From Candidatus Omnitrophota bacterium (GTDB lineage: Bacteria; Omnitrophota; Gorgyraeia; Gorgyraeales; Gorgyraeaceae), in NCBI GenBank assembly GCA_043821705.1, contig JBDRCN010000035.1, positions 43,321 to 107,320 of the forward strand: DNA of 64,000 nucleotides, written 5' to 3'. Made by a program: the position numbers and the translations under genes. Each line of letters opens with the position of its first letter. The stretch's first letter is position 1. The notes beneath the pieces were generated by a model, which had not been told where the DNA came from, made no database searches, and saw nothing but the letters and a program-made list of their open reading frames with translations. Below are positions 9,969-18,589 of the stretch, one piece after another.

Positions 9969-10010
9969 TGGTCGGGGCGACTGGATTCGAACCAGCGACC
10001 CCCTGAACCG
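9969..10010 (-). repeat. 42-nt duplicate of the tRNA-Pro 3' half (anticodon-loop to CCA); candidate att scar
   Basis: Identical to 10177-10218 (tggtcggggcgactggattcgaaccagcgaccccctgaacc). No pairing 5' acceptor strand or anticodon stem follows it, so it is not a complete tRNA. Confidence 0.75.
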
Positions 10011-10176
10011 TCGTTCGCTAACGCTCACTCCTTAAGAAAAAACCCTGATGGTTTTTTCTTAATATTCTTTTTCCTTGCGCAAGGAAGTATAGTACGCCGA
10101 TAAGGGGAAACTATCTTTCCCCTTAAAATCCCCTTGTTGGGTTCAAGGAAAACATGTCTCGCACACGCAAATCAGA

Positions 10177-10255
10177 TGGTCGGGGCGACTGGATTCGAAC
10201 CAGCGACCCCCTGAACCCCATTCAGGTGCGCTAAGCCAATCTGCGCTACGCCCCG
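10177..10255 (-). tRNA. tRNA-Pro (anticodon GGG)
   Basis: Hand-folded from the reverse complement: acceptor cggggcg/cgccccg, D-stem gcgc, anticodon stem cctga/tcagg, loop atGGGgt, T-loop ttcgaat, discriminator A, CCA encoded. Length 79 nt. Confidence 0.85.
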
Positions 10256-10276
10256 TTACAAATTTTAAAAGATCCT

Positions 10277-11281
10277 CTATTGTTCTGCTTTTAGTTCTCT
10301 TGTCATCAATTCTTTTACTGCCAAAAGTGGTGATTTATTTTCAAATATCACTGAATAAACCTCTTTTGTAATAGGTAGATCGATATTATGTCTTTTTCCT
10401 AACTCCACTGCTGCCTTTACGCTCCAAGCCCCTTCTATTTCCATCACGCTATTTTTCAGGAATTCTTTAGGGTCTTTGCCTTTTCCGATCTCTTCGCCAA
10501 ACCCACGGTTCCTTCCTTCTTTGCTGATAGAAGTAGTTATAAGGTCTCCCAGGCCTGTTAATCCATTGAATGTCTCTGGGTATGCCCCCAATCTTTCACC
10601 GAGTCTTGACATCTCTATCAGTCCTCTTGTAAGAAGTGCTGCTTTTGTGTTCGCCCCAAAGCCAAGTCCATCTGAAATACCTACTGCAATAGCGATAATA
10701 TTTTTTAGCGATCCGCCAAGTTCTACACCTACCAGGTCATTATTTGTATAGACCCTAAATCTCTCTGTGCCAAATACATCTCTTATCTTTAAATCCAGAT
10801 CCTTTTTATTCGAAGAGATGACCACTGTTGTAGGAATATTCCTTGCTACTTCTGGTGCAATGCTAGGTCCTGAAAGAACACATAACTTAACATCTCCCAG
10901 GATCTCATCAATAACCTGACTCATTCTCTTTAGGGTCTTGTCTTCAAGCCCCTTTACTACACTTACATATATCGGATCTATACCGTTAAAAATATCTTTA
11001 TTCTTATCTAAGACCTCTCTTAAAAAACGTGATGGGATCGCGAGCACCACCAGATCTCTTCCGCTGACAGATGCCTTAAGATCACAGCTTACCTGGATAG
11101 ATGGTGGTATCTTGACCCCGGGCAAAAATTTCTTATTCTCTTTATTATTATTTATAGCATCTATATTTTCTTTAAATATACCCCAAAGAGATACATCATA
11201 GCCCTTATTGCTTAATAGAACTGCAAGAGCTGTCCCCCAACCACCATCACCCAATACTCCGATCTTCACTTTATCCTCCAC
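10277..11281 (-). CDS. gpsA: NAD(P)H-dependent glycerol-3-phosphate dehydrogenase
   Basis: 334 aa. N-terminal GVLGDGGWGTALA Rossmann motif and the GpsA family fold. Confidence 0.9.
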   Translation of the reverse strand: MEDKVKIGVLGDGGWGTALAVLLSNKGYDVSLWGIFKENIDAINNNKENKKFLPGVKIPPSIQVSCDLKASVSGRDLVVLAIPSRFLREVLDKNKDIFNGIDPIYVSVVKGLEDKTLKRMSQVIDEILGDVKLCVLSGPSIAPEVARNIPTTVVISSNKKDLDLKIRDVFGTERFRVYTNNDLVGVELGGSLKNIIAIAVGISDGLGFGANTKAALLTRGLIEMSRLGERLGAYPETFNGLTGLGDLITTSISKEGRNRGFGEEIGKGKDPKEFLKNSVMEIEGAWSVKAAVELGKRHNIDLPITKEVYSVIFENKSPLLAVKELMTRELKAEQ

Positions 11282-11337
11282 AAGTTAATTAAGTTTATCA
11301 TATAGGAATTAAGTAGTCAATATAATCGAACTACGAC

Positions 11338-11390
11338 AAAAAAACCTAGCACTAATTTTCTGAATAACCCCAGAATAAAATTAGTGCTAG
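11338..11390 (-). terminator. intrinsic terminator for the 11410..11772 gene
   Basis: Perfect 15-bp stem cctagcactaatttt (11345-11359) / aaaattagtgctagg (11376-11390). On the minus strand it is followed by a T7 tract. Confidence 0.65.
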
Positions 11391-11409
11391 GTAACCAAGG
11401 AGATCTTAA

Positions 11410-11772
11410 TTATTTTTTTGTAGTACCTAAAAAATCTATCTCAAAAGAATGCTTGAATGTTATTGGATAAAGGCCATTTTTACATACTGCATAAAATTGG
11501 CCTACCACATCACATACAAAACTATCTTTCTTAGATTTAGTGTCATGTTTCTTAAAAATAAAGACGTGCCTCTTTGAAGGGCTCTTTGATACTGTCTGAG
11601 AAGTGCTTTCTAGCCCTTTTTGGCTATTCATATCAGCAGGCTTACCTATAATATAGACTGAGTGCCTCTTAGTAATAGTCTTAACCCCATTGTTTTCAAT
11701 AACTTCTGATATGTAGAGGTCTCTCCTCTTCTTATCTATTGAGGTTAGGTTTTTAAATACTAATTCTCTCAT
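11410..11772 (-). CDS. hypothetical protein
   Basis: 120-aa ORF, basic, with no motif I recognise. It is followed by a clean terminator. Confidence 0.3.
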   Translation of the reverse strand: MRELVFKNLTSIDKKRRDLYISEVIENNGVKTITKRHSVYIIGKPADMNSQKGLESTSQTVSKSPSKRHVFIFKKHDTKSKKDSFVCDVVGQFYAVCKNGLYPITFKHSFEIDFLGTTKK

Positions 11773-11886
11773 GTCTGCCTTTCACTTAATACTTTATAAA
11801 ACTATTTAGTCGATGTACAAAAAAAATCCATTCTCTATTTATATCTAAAGTATACCATACTGTTCTTTGATTTTCAAGGTAAGTGC

Positions 11887-12384
11887 CTACGATTTTAGGC
11901 AGTTAGGCAAAAGTAAGGATGCTATTAAAAGACAGGTACCTATAGTAATAGAGATATCTGCTATATTAAAGACTGGCCATATCCTAACATCAATAAAATC
12001 AACGACATAGCCCATTTTTAGCCTATCTATAAGGTTCCCAAAAGCCCCAGAAAATATCATAATAAATCCTATATTAAGAACCAGGTCTTTTAGAAGTTCC
12101 CCTTTTTTGATCCTTTTTATTAGGATAGAGGCTATTATTACGATCGCGATTATGGAGATTATTATAAAAAAATGAGTGGAGTTTTTAAATAGTCCAAAGG
12201 CTGCCCCAGTATTTCTGACATATGTAATGTGAAATATGTTCTTTATGAGAGGGATACTCTCCCCGACACCTAGGTTTTCTTTGATAAATAATTTAGTGAA
12301 TCGGTCTAGGATCAGTACTATCGAGACCAGGCAAGTTGCTATTAAAAATTGTTTTTTTCTTCCTTTGACTGGCATTGTATGCAT
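11887..12384 (-). CDS. lspA: lipoprotein signal peptidase II
   Basis: 165 aa. Four TM helices, plus the NTGAAFG and FNIADISI motifs of LspA. Confidence 0.85.
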   Translation of the reverse strand: MHTMPVKGRKKQFLIATCLVSIVLILDRFTKLFIKENLGVGESIPLIKNIFHITYVRNTGAAFGLFKNSTHFFIIISIIAIVIIASILIKRIKKGELLKDLVLNIGFIMIFSGAFGNLIDRLKMGYVVDFIDVRIWPVFNIADISITIGTCLLIASLLLPNCLKS

Positions 12385-12752
12385 TGGGTTGCGTAAGGTA
12401 ATGCGTTTAGGCGCTTGACTGGGATCTTTTTTTCACAAGAGAAGCACTTGCCGTACTTGCCTTCTTTTATGCGCTTTAATGCCTCGTCTATCTTATAGAT
12501 GATCTCTTGTTCACCGCTTGCAATATTAAAGCTCAATTCTCTATCATAACTATCGCTAGCCATATCTGCCATGTGAGAACTATAACTTGAAAGATCACCT
12601 GAAGCTTCTTTTTGAGAAGCCTTGTTCTGCTTAGCGATATTATGTATCTCGTCCATTACCTCTTCTCTTTTTTTAAGAAGTAATTTTTTAAACTTAGCTG
12701 CCTCTGTCTTTATCATGAAAAACCTATCTCCCTTCTTTAATGAGCACATCAC
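12342..12752 (-). CDS. DksA/TraR-family C4 zinc-finger regulator
   Basis: C-terminal CFSCEKKIPVKRLNALPYATQCIQC (C4 finger) and a coiled-coil N-terminal part. It sits in the classical ileS-lspA interval. The start may be the internal ATG at 12716 rather than 12752; the 5' extension overlaps a repeat element. Confidence 0.7.
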   Translation of the reverse strand: MMCSLKKGDRFFMIKTEAAKFKKLLLKKREEVMDEIHNIAKQNKASQKEASGDLSSYSSHMADMASDSYDRELSFNIASGEQEIIYKIDEALKRIKEGKYGKCFSCEKKIPVKRLNALPYATQCIQCQSKEEKNNF

Positions 12753-12890
12753 TTAGCAAACAAAGTGAAGCTAAGTGATTAGTGCGAATTAAATCCCGCC
12801 CCTTTAGTAACTATTATTTAATAGTAGCTAAAAGGGGCGGGATCAAATTCAGACTCATAAGTTACGTCATTTCATTCCGTAACTTATGTC
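12743..12890. repeat. composite hairpin repeat, copy 1 (agcacatcacttagc...gtgcgaattaaatcccgccc...aaaggggcgggat...ataagttacg...cgtaacttat)
   Basis: It shares ~130 nt of ordered hairpin modules with 41422-41548. The central GC stem followed by ATTTAATT on the minus strand resembles an intrinsic terminator for ileS. Confidence 0.7.
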
Positions 12891-12891
12891 T

Positions 12892-15630
12892 TCATTTGAC
12901 AATATCCAAGCATCTCTTGCATAGTGTCGGATGATCAGGATCTTCTCCCAGATCTAAAGTAAAGTTCCAGCATCTTTCGCATTTACTGCCGTCTGCTTTT
13001 ACAACCTCTATTCTTCTATCTTTACTTTTCTCCAGCTGGACCTGTGAGCTTATAAAAAATGCTGCCAGGTCTAACTTGTAATTTGTCAAAAAATTATACT
13101 CTACATCATCTTTCATGTAAAGCTTTATTTTTGCTTCCAGAGGGCTCCCTATTACCTTTGCAGCCCTCTTCTCTTCAATTGCTTTCAATACTTCGACCCT
13201 TAAACTCTCTAATCTCTTAAAATTCTCTTCTAATTCGAGGTTTATAAATTCACTCTCCAGCTTAGGCCAATCTGCCAGATGTATTGAACCCTCTCCCTTA
13301 AAATATCCCCAGACCTCTTCACATGTAAAAGGCAAGATCGGAGCAAGTACCCTTACTAGAATATCCAGTATCTTATAGAGCGCTGTCTGAGCTGAGCGCC
13401 TTTCATTTGATTTTTCCCCAAAAGTATACAGTCTATCCTTTAAAATATCAAGGTAAAAACTGGACATCTCTACTATGCAGAATTTATACACAGTACTTAC
13501 TACTTCATGATATCTATAGTTTTCATACGCCAGAGTAACGCTTTTCAGCATAGAATTAGCCCTGGACAAGGCCCATCTATCTATCTCGAGCATATCCTTT
13601 TTATCTACTTTATCTTTTTCGAGATCAAAATCACAGATATTGCCTAATATATATTTAGCAGTGTTCCTGAATTTTCTATAGGCCTCTACTGTGCGCTGCA
13701 AGATCTCCTCTGATATCTTTATATCATCAAAATACGACGACGCACTCACCCAAAGTCTTAAGACATCTGCGCCTTTTTTAGAGATGATCTCCTGCGGTGC
13801 GATCACATTGCCAGCTGATTTACTCATCTTCTTGCCTTCACCATCTACTACGAAACCATGAGTAAGTACATTTTTAAACGGACTTTTACCTACTACTCCC
13901 ATACCTATTAATAGAGAGGTCTGAAACCACCCTCTGTGTTGATCGCTTCCTTCTAGGTATAGATCTGCTGGAAATCCTAGATTCTCTCTTATCTTTAAGA
14001 CTCCTTGATGACTTGCTCCTGATTCAAACCATACATCCAGGATATCAGTCTCTTTTTTAAATTCACTTCCTCCGCATAAACACTTAAACCCTTCTGGTAA
14101 AAATTCTTTCGCTTCCTTTATAAACCATGCGTCTGAGCCCTGTTTTTCAAAAATCTCTTCTATTAACTTCATGGCTTTTTTATCAATTATCTCCTTATCA
14201 CAAGACATACAGTATATAATAGGTACAGGCACTCCCCAATAACGCTGCCTTGAGAGGCACCAATCAGGCCTAAGCTCTATCATGCCTCTGATCCTCTTCT
14301 CTCCTGCTTCAGGCACCCACTTTATTTTTCCTATCTCTTTTAGGGTCCTTGGGCGAAGTTCTTTTTTATCCACTCCTAAAAACCACTGTTTAGTTGCCCT
14401 GAATATAAGAGGACTATGGCATCTCCAGCAATGTGGGTAAGAATGGGAGGTCTCTTCCCAAAGAAGAAGCGCCTCAGTCTCCATTAAAAGTTTTTTGACT
14501 ATCTCGTTCGTCTTATAGATATCTTTTCCAATGACTTCTTCTGGGACTTCAAATCCTTGAGGCTTAAAGAACTTACCTTTATCATCAATCGGCATAATAG
14601 CAGGAAGGCCGTACTTTAAACCTGCTTGATAGTCTTCCTGGCCATGTCCTGGCGCAATATGTACGCAACCAGTACCATCTTCACTTGAGACATAATCTGC
14701 GAGGACTACTTTCGCTTCTCGGCCGATAAAAGGATGCTTTGTAACTATACCTTCCAATTCTTTTCCTGAAAATCTCTTGATGATCTTTCCATCCAGGTCA
14801 AGTTTTTCAGTCAACTTTTCTAAGAGAGCTTCAGTAAACACTATCACACCGCCGTGCTTTCTCTCAAAAGCAACATATTTTAGGTCAGGATGTATAGCTA
14901 TAGCTACATTTGAGATAAGAGTCCATGGAGTAGTGGTCCATACTAGAAAACATGCATTATTATCTTTTAAGAATCCATCTGATGTGACCTTAAACTCTAC
15001 GTATATTGACGGGGATCTATGTTCTTCATATTCTACTTCAGCTTCTGCTAATGCAGTCTCACATTTACTACACCAGTTTATAGGTTTAAGGCCTCTATAG
15101 ATAAGGCCATCACTTAAGAGCTTATTGAAGCTCGAGATTATTTCCCTTTCATAAGTTTTATCTAATGTAAGGTATGGATCCTCCCAATCACCAAATACAG
15201 CTAGTCTTTTAAACTCATCTTTCTGGATATTGACAAATTTCATAGCAAAGTCATGTGCCATCTTTCTAAATTTCACCTGCAAAACATCGTGCTTGGTCTT
15301 TTTCATCTCCTTGAAAAGCTGGTGTTCTATGGGCATTCCATGGCAATCCCATCCAGGGACATATGGCGCATTAAAACCCTGCATTGTCTTATATTTCACT
15401 ACTATGTCTTTTAGTGTCTTATTTAAGGCGTGGCCTATATGAATATTTCCATTAGCATACGGCGGTCCATCATGAAGTATATATTTAGGAGAATCTTTCC
15501 GGTGCTCTCTGATCTTTTTATATATGTTTTCTTTTTCCCATTTCTCGAGAATAACTGGTTCTTTTTGCGGAAGGTTCCCCTTCATGGGAAATTCAGTCTT
15601 TGGTAAATTCAGGGTTTTCTTGTATTCCAT
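12892..15630 (-). CDS. ileS: isoleucine--tRNA ligase
   Basis: 912 aa. HIGH (PYANGNIHIGHAL), KMSKS (KMSKSAGN) and a C-terminal Zn-finger (CxxC...CxxC). Confidence 0.95.
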   Translation of the reverse strand: MEYKKTLNLPKTEFPMKGNLPQKEPVILEKWEKENIYKKIREHRKDSPKYILHDGPPYANGNIHIGHALNKTLKDIVVKYKTMQGFNAPYVPGWDCHGMPIEHQLFKEMKKTKHDVLQVKFRKMAHDFAMKFVNIQKDEFKRLAVFGDWEDPYLTLDKTYEREIISSFNKLLSDGLIYRGLKPINWCSKCETALAEAEVEYEEHRSPSIYVEFKVTSDGFLKDNNACFLVWTTTPWTLISNVAIAIHPDLKYVAFERKHGGVIVFTEALLEKLTEKLDLDGKIIKRFSGKELEGIVTKHPFIGREAKVVLADYVSSEDGTGCVHIAPGHGQEDYQAGLKYGLPAIMPIDDKGKFFKPQGFEVPEEVIGKDIYKTNEIVKKLLMETEALLLWEETSHSYPHCWRCHSPLIFRATKQWFLGVDKKELRPRTLKEIGKIKWVPEAGEKRIRGMIELRPDWCLSRQRYWGVPVPIIYCMSCDKEIIDKKAMKLIEEIFEKQGSDAWFIKEAKEFLPEGFKCLCGGSEFKKETDILDVWFESGASHQGVLKIRENLGFPADLYLEGSDQHRGWFQTSLLIGMGVVGKSPFKNVLTHGFVVDGEGKKMSKSAGNVIAPQEIISKKGADVLRLWVSASSYFDDIKISEEILQRTVEAYRKFRNTAKYILGNICDFDLEKDKVDKKDMLEIDRWALSRANSMLKSVTLAYENYRYHEVVSTVYKFCIVEMSSFYLDILKDRLYTFGEKSNERRSAQTALYKILDILVRVLAPILPFTCEEVWGYFKGEGSIHLADWPKLESEFINLELEENFKRLESLRVEVLKAIEEKRAAKVIGSPLEAKIKLYMKDDVEYNFLTNYKLDLAAFFISSQVQLEKSKDRRIEVVKADGSKCERCWNFTLDLGEDPDHPTLCKRCLDIVK

Positions 15631-15632
15631 AA

Positions 15633-16496
15633 TTACATGTACTTTCCGATGATTATGTCTAATTTTTTCTTAGTCGTTTCTGGGATCAATTTCCTATCTG
15701 TAATGATCGCATATTTAAGAGCATCTTTGCATTCGCACGCTCTTTCTTTGGCCAGCTCGGGCACTACAGCCTTTATAAGGCGTTTTGCATTCTCTACGTT
15801 CTTAGTCAGATTAGCTATGACCATGTCAATAGTCACCATCTCTTCGTGCCAGCAATCATAATCAGTGACAAATGCGACTGTCGAATAACAAATTTCAGCT
15901 TCTCTTGCTAATCGTGCTTCAGGCATATTAGTCATACCTATAATATCCAGTCCCAGGCCTTTAAATAAAAGAGATTCACCTTTTGTTGAGAATGCTGGGC
16001 CTTCCATGTTTAGGTATGTGCCTTTTGGATGAGCAGTTAATTTAAGCTCCTTTGTGGCTTCAAATATCGTCTCTCTAAGATGCCTACAAACAGGTTCAGC
16101 AAATGTAATGTGCCCGACTATGCCCTCACCGAAGAATGTTGTCTTACGAGCTTGGTTGGTCCTATCTACAAACTGATCAGGAAGTACAATGTCTAAGGGC
16201 TTAAGCTCTTTTTTATAGCTACCTACTGCTGAGATCGAGATAATCCTTTCTACCCCAAGCTTTTTCATACCATATATATTTGCCCTATAATTTAATTCTG
16301 TAGGAAGGATCCTATGGCCTCTACCATGCCTCGGAAGAAATGCTACTTCTATGCCTTCTAATGTTCCAGTGGTATAGCTATCTGAGGGATCACCAAAAGG
16401 CGTATCCATCTTTACTTCTTTTATATTATTTAAGCTATCTATATTATATAGACCACTTCCGCCTATAATGCCAATTTTAGCCATATTTTCCTCCAA
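15633..16496 (-). CDS. mtnP: S-methyl-5'-thioadenosine phosphorylase
   Basis: 287 aa. PNP/MTAP family with IGIIGGSGL at the N-terminus. Confidence 0.85.
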   Translation of the reverse strand: MEENMAKIGIIGGSGLYNIDSLNNIKEVKMDTPFGDPSDSYTTGTLEGIEVAFLPRHGRGHRILPTELNYRANIYGMKKLGVERIISISAVGSYKKELKPLDIVLPDQFVDRTNQARKTTFFGEGIVGHITFAEPVCRHLRETIFEATKELKLTAHPKGTYLNMEGPAFSTKGESLLFKGLGLDIIGMTNMPEARLAREAEICYSTVAFVTDYDCWHEEMVTIDMVIANLTKNVENAKRLIKAVVPELAKERACECKDALKYAIITDRKLIPETTKKKLDIIIGKYM

Positions 16497-16571
16497 ATTT
16501 TAAATTAATTTGATGTGGTATATTATCACATCAGGGAAGGTTATGCAATGATTTTTCTCTATGATTTTTCT

Positions 16572-17633
16572 CTATGAGGATTGATCTTTTTTTAAGGCTC
16601 TTTTGATCATAAACTCTACATTTTCATTAGTATTTTTGTAAATAATGTTTTTGTTCCGATTGTTTGACTTCCATACCCGAAATACCTCATCAGCAAATCC
16701 CTGTCCTACTGTCTCTACACCGTCAAAATCCAATATGATCTCCTCAAATTTATCTAATCCTGTTAAAAGCCTCCTGGCCTGCGATCTAGAGATGTATTCG
16801 GAAGTCATTTTATATAACTTTACAATAACCTTGGTCCTAGTGAATTTAAATGAGTCATCTGCGTAGGCGTTAAAAATATCCCTAAGCTTTCTTTTTGAAT
16901 CAAGGCTTATTGAAAAAAATACTTTTGTGCCTATAAATTTATTTATATCCTTTATAAAAATATCCTGCACTATATTATCAAAGATCAGTTTTTTTGTGGA
17001 ACTTTGAATTCTCAAGATATCAGCTGCCTTTGAGGTAAAAAATATACCCTCGCCGCTATGAGATTTAGGCTGAGTTGACAATTTACCTTTTATAAGATCT
17101 TGTATGGCTTCAGATTCATTCTTAAGCCCCTTTTTCTTTATTATATTGTTATAAATCCCTATTCCCTTATCTCTCACTGAAAATCTGATGCCAATATCAT
17201 CTCTATCCATAACCACTTCTATCTTTTTAGACTCAGAATGCTCAATAGCGTTATTTAACATCTCAGTAAAGGCATATCCCAAAATCGCTGAAACATTTTC
17301 AGAGATGCCAACAAAAATACTTGTTTTATTCTTAATTTTATCAAGAATAATATCCTCGGATAAATCCAAATTATTTAAGATATAATAAGATCTTAATATA
17401 GTTTTTTTAGCCTCTTTTATGTTTTCTTCGTTTGCAATTATATACCGCGCTTTGTTTGCTTTTCCAATAAGAACTATTTTGCCCTCTTCTCTCAATCGTT
17501 GGAAAAATCGGTTTATATACACTCGTGAAAATCCAGTAAGCTTAGTAAGGTCAGAGACCTTCACTTCTTTTTTCTTTTCCAGTAACTGCATTATTGATTT
17601 GGTAATATCCATATTATATCTCCTTAAAAACAT
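16572..17633 (-). CDS. fused wHTH / GHKL ATPase (RsbW/SpoIIAB-like) / DUF4325 (STAS-like) regulator
   Basis: 353 aa. N-terminal winged HTH, central HATPase_c N-box (EMLNNAIEHS) and G1 box (DKGIGI), and a C-terminal DUF4325-like segment (ILDFDGVETVGQGFADEVF). Confidence 0.6.
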   Translation of the reverse strand: MFLRRYNMDITKSIMQLLEKKKEVKVSDLTKLTGFSRVYINRFFQRLREEGKIVLIGKANKARYIIANEENIKEAKKTILRSYYILNNLDLSEDIILDKIKNKTSIFVGISENVSAILGYAFTEMLNNAIEHSESKKIEVVMDRDDIGIRFSVRDKGIGIYNNIIKKKGLKNESEAIQDLIKGKLSTQPKSHSGEGIFFTSKAADILRIQSSTKKLIFDNIVQDIFIKDINKFIGTKVFFSISLDSKRKLRDIFNAYADDSFKFTRTKVIVKLYKMTSEYISRSQARRLLTGLDKFEEIILDFDGVETVGQGFADEVFRVWKSNNRNKNIIYKNTNENVEFMIKRALKKDQSS

Positions 17634-17645
17634 ATTTTGTTAACA

Positions 17646-17770
17646 ACTTATATATAAAATATAAAATTAAAGCTGTTAACAAGTTGTAAACTGCTTAATA
17701 GTCCTCAAAAAGTAGTATTTAGTTTAAAACTATAGTATATACTATAGTTTTAAAGTTGTCAACAAGTTAT
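17646..17770. promoter_or_regulatory. candidate operator/promoter region: three TTGTYAACAAG palindromic sites plus a perfect 32-bp palindrome
   Basis: ttgttaacaa (17646-55), ctgttaacaag (17683-93), ttgtcaacaag (17755-65). The palindrome tttaaaactatagtatatactatagttttaaa lies at ~17717-17748. The region sits immediately upstream of the HTH-ATPase gene start. Confidence 0.45.
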
Positions 17771-18577
17771 CTACTTTTTTGAAAGAGATCTGGATTTGTT
17801 ATAGGCAGATTTTAGGGCGAGTTTGACTATTTTTTCAAAGCCTTTTTTCTTGAATACCTCTAGTGCTGCTTCAGTAGTACCGCCTTTTGAAGCAACTTTC
17901 TTCACAAAATCCTGCATAGAGATATTGCTCTTAGAAGCAACTGCACCCGCCCCTACAAAGGTAGCTAGAGCGAGCTTTCTAGCTAGGTCTTTTTTTAGTC
18001 CGCAGGATATACCAGCTTTTTCTAATAGATCTGTAAGTAGGAAATAATACGCAGGTCCGCTTCCACTTAAAGCAGTAACAGCATGCATCAGACTTTCTTT
18101 TACTACTACTACACCCCCTACTTTCGAGAAGATCTTCTTTGCCTTTTCCATGTCCTTTTTCTTAGCATACTTTCCCTTAGATATAGCAGAGATCCCTTTG
18201 CCTACCATTAAAGGCATGTTAGGCATTACTCTGACTACTCTCACATTACAAAACGAGTAGGGGAGGTTTAAACCTCCCCTACTCGTTAGGGCCTTTTCTA
18301 TAAACTTGGTTTCGATGCCTGCTGCAATAGAAATAATCAATTTATTTTTAGTAAAAGGCGTTATCTCCTTTAAGACGCTTGATATGTTCTGAGGTTTTAC
18401 AGCTAATATTATAATATTGGATCTTTTGACTAGCTCTATATTATTTTTAGCTAGTTTTATTGACCTGATCTTTATCTTGCGAAGTTTCTTTTTATCCAGA
18501 TCACTCAGCAAGAGTCCTTTTCCAATCCTTACTGCAATAGCCTTACCCATATTACCCGCACCGATCATGCCTATCAT
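17771..18577 (-). CDS. proC: pyrroline-5-carboxylate reductase, carrying an in-frame palindromic insertion
   Basis: 268 aa. N-terminal IGMIGAGNMG Rossmann motif and the ProC VVRVMPN motif. A perfect 36-bp palindrome at 18252-18287 encodes an extra ~12-aa segment just before VVRVMPN. Confidence 0.85.
   Translation of the reverse strand: MIGMIGAGNMGKAIAVRIGKGLLLSDLDKKKLRKIKIRSIKLAKNNIELVKRSNIIILAVKPQNISSVLKEITPFTKNKLIISIAAGIETKFIEKALTSRGGLNLPYSFCNVRVVRVMPNMPLMVGKGISAISKGKYAKKKDMEKAKKIFSKVGGVVVVKESLMHAVTALSGSGPAYYFLLTDLLEKAGISCGLKKDLARKLALATFVGAGAVASKSNISMQDFVKKVASKGGTTEAALEVFKKKGFEKIVKLALKSAYNKSRSLSKK
18252..18287. repeat. perfect 36-bp palindrome (aacgagtaggggaggttt|aaacctcccctactcgtt) inside proC
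   Basis: Direct reading. It is GC-rich relative to its surroundings and in frame. Confidence 0.85.
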
Positions 18578-18589
18578 CTTCTCTCCTTA

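Noticed and set aside
9969-10050. Possible second complete tRNA upstream of tRNA-Pro
   Set aside because: Only the 3' 42 nt match a tRNA. The sequence that should form the anticodon-stem 5' strand, D-arm and acceptor 5' strand (gagtgagcgttagcgaacgacg on the coding strand) does not pair. It is treated as a duplicated fragment, not a gene.
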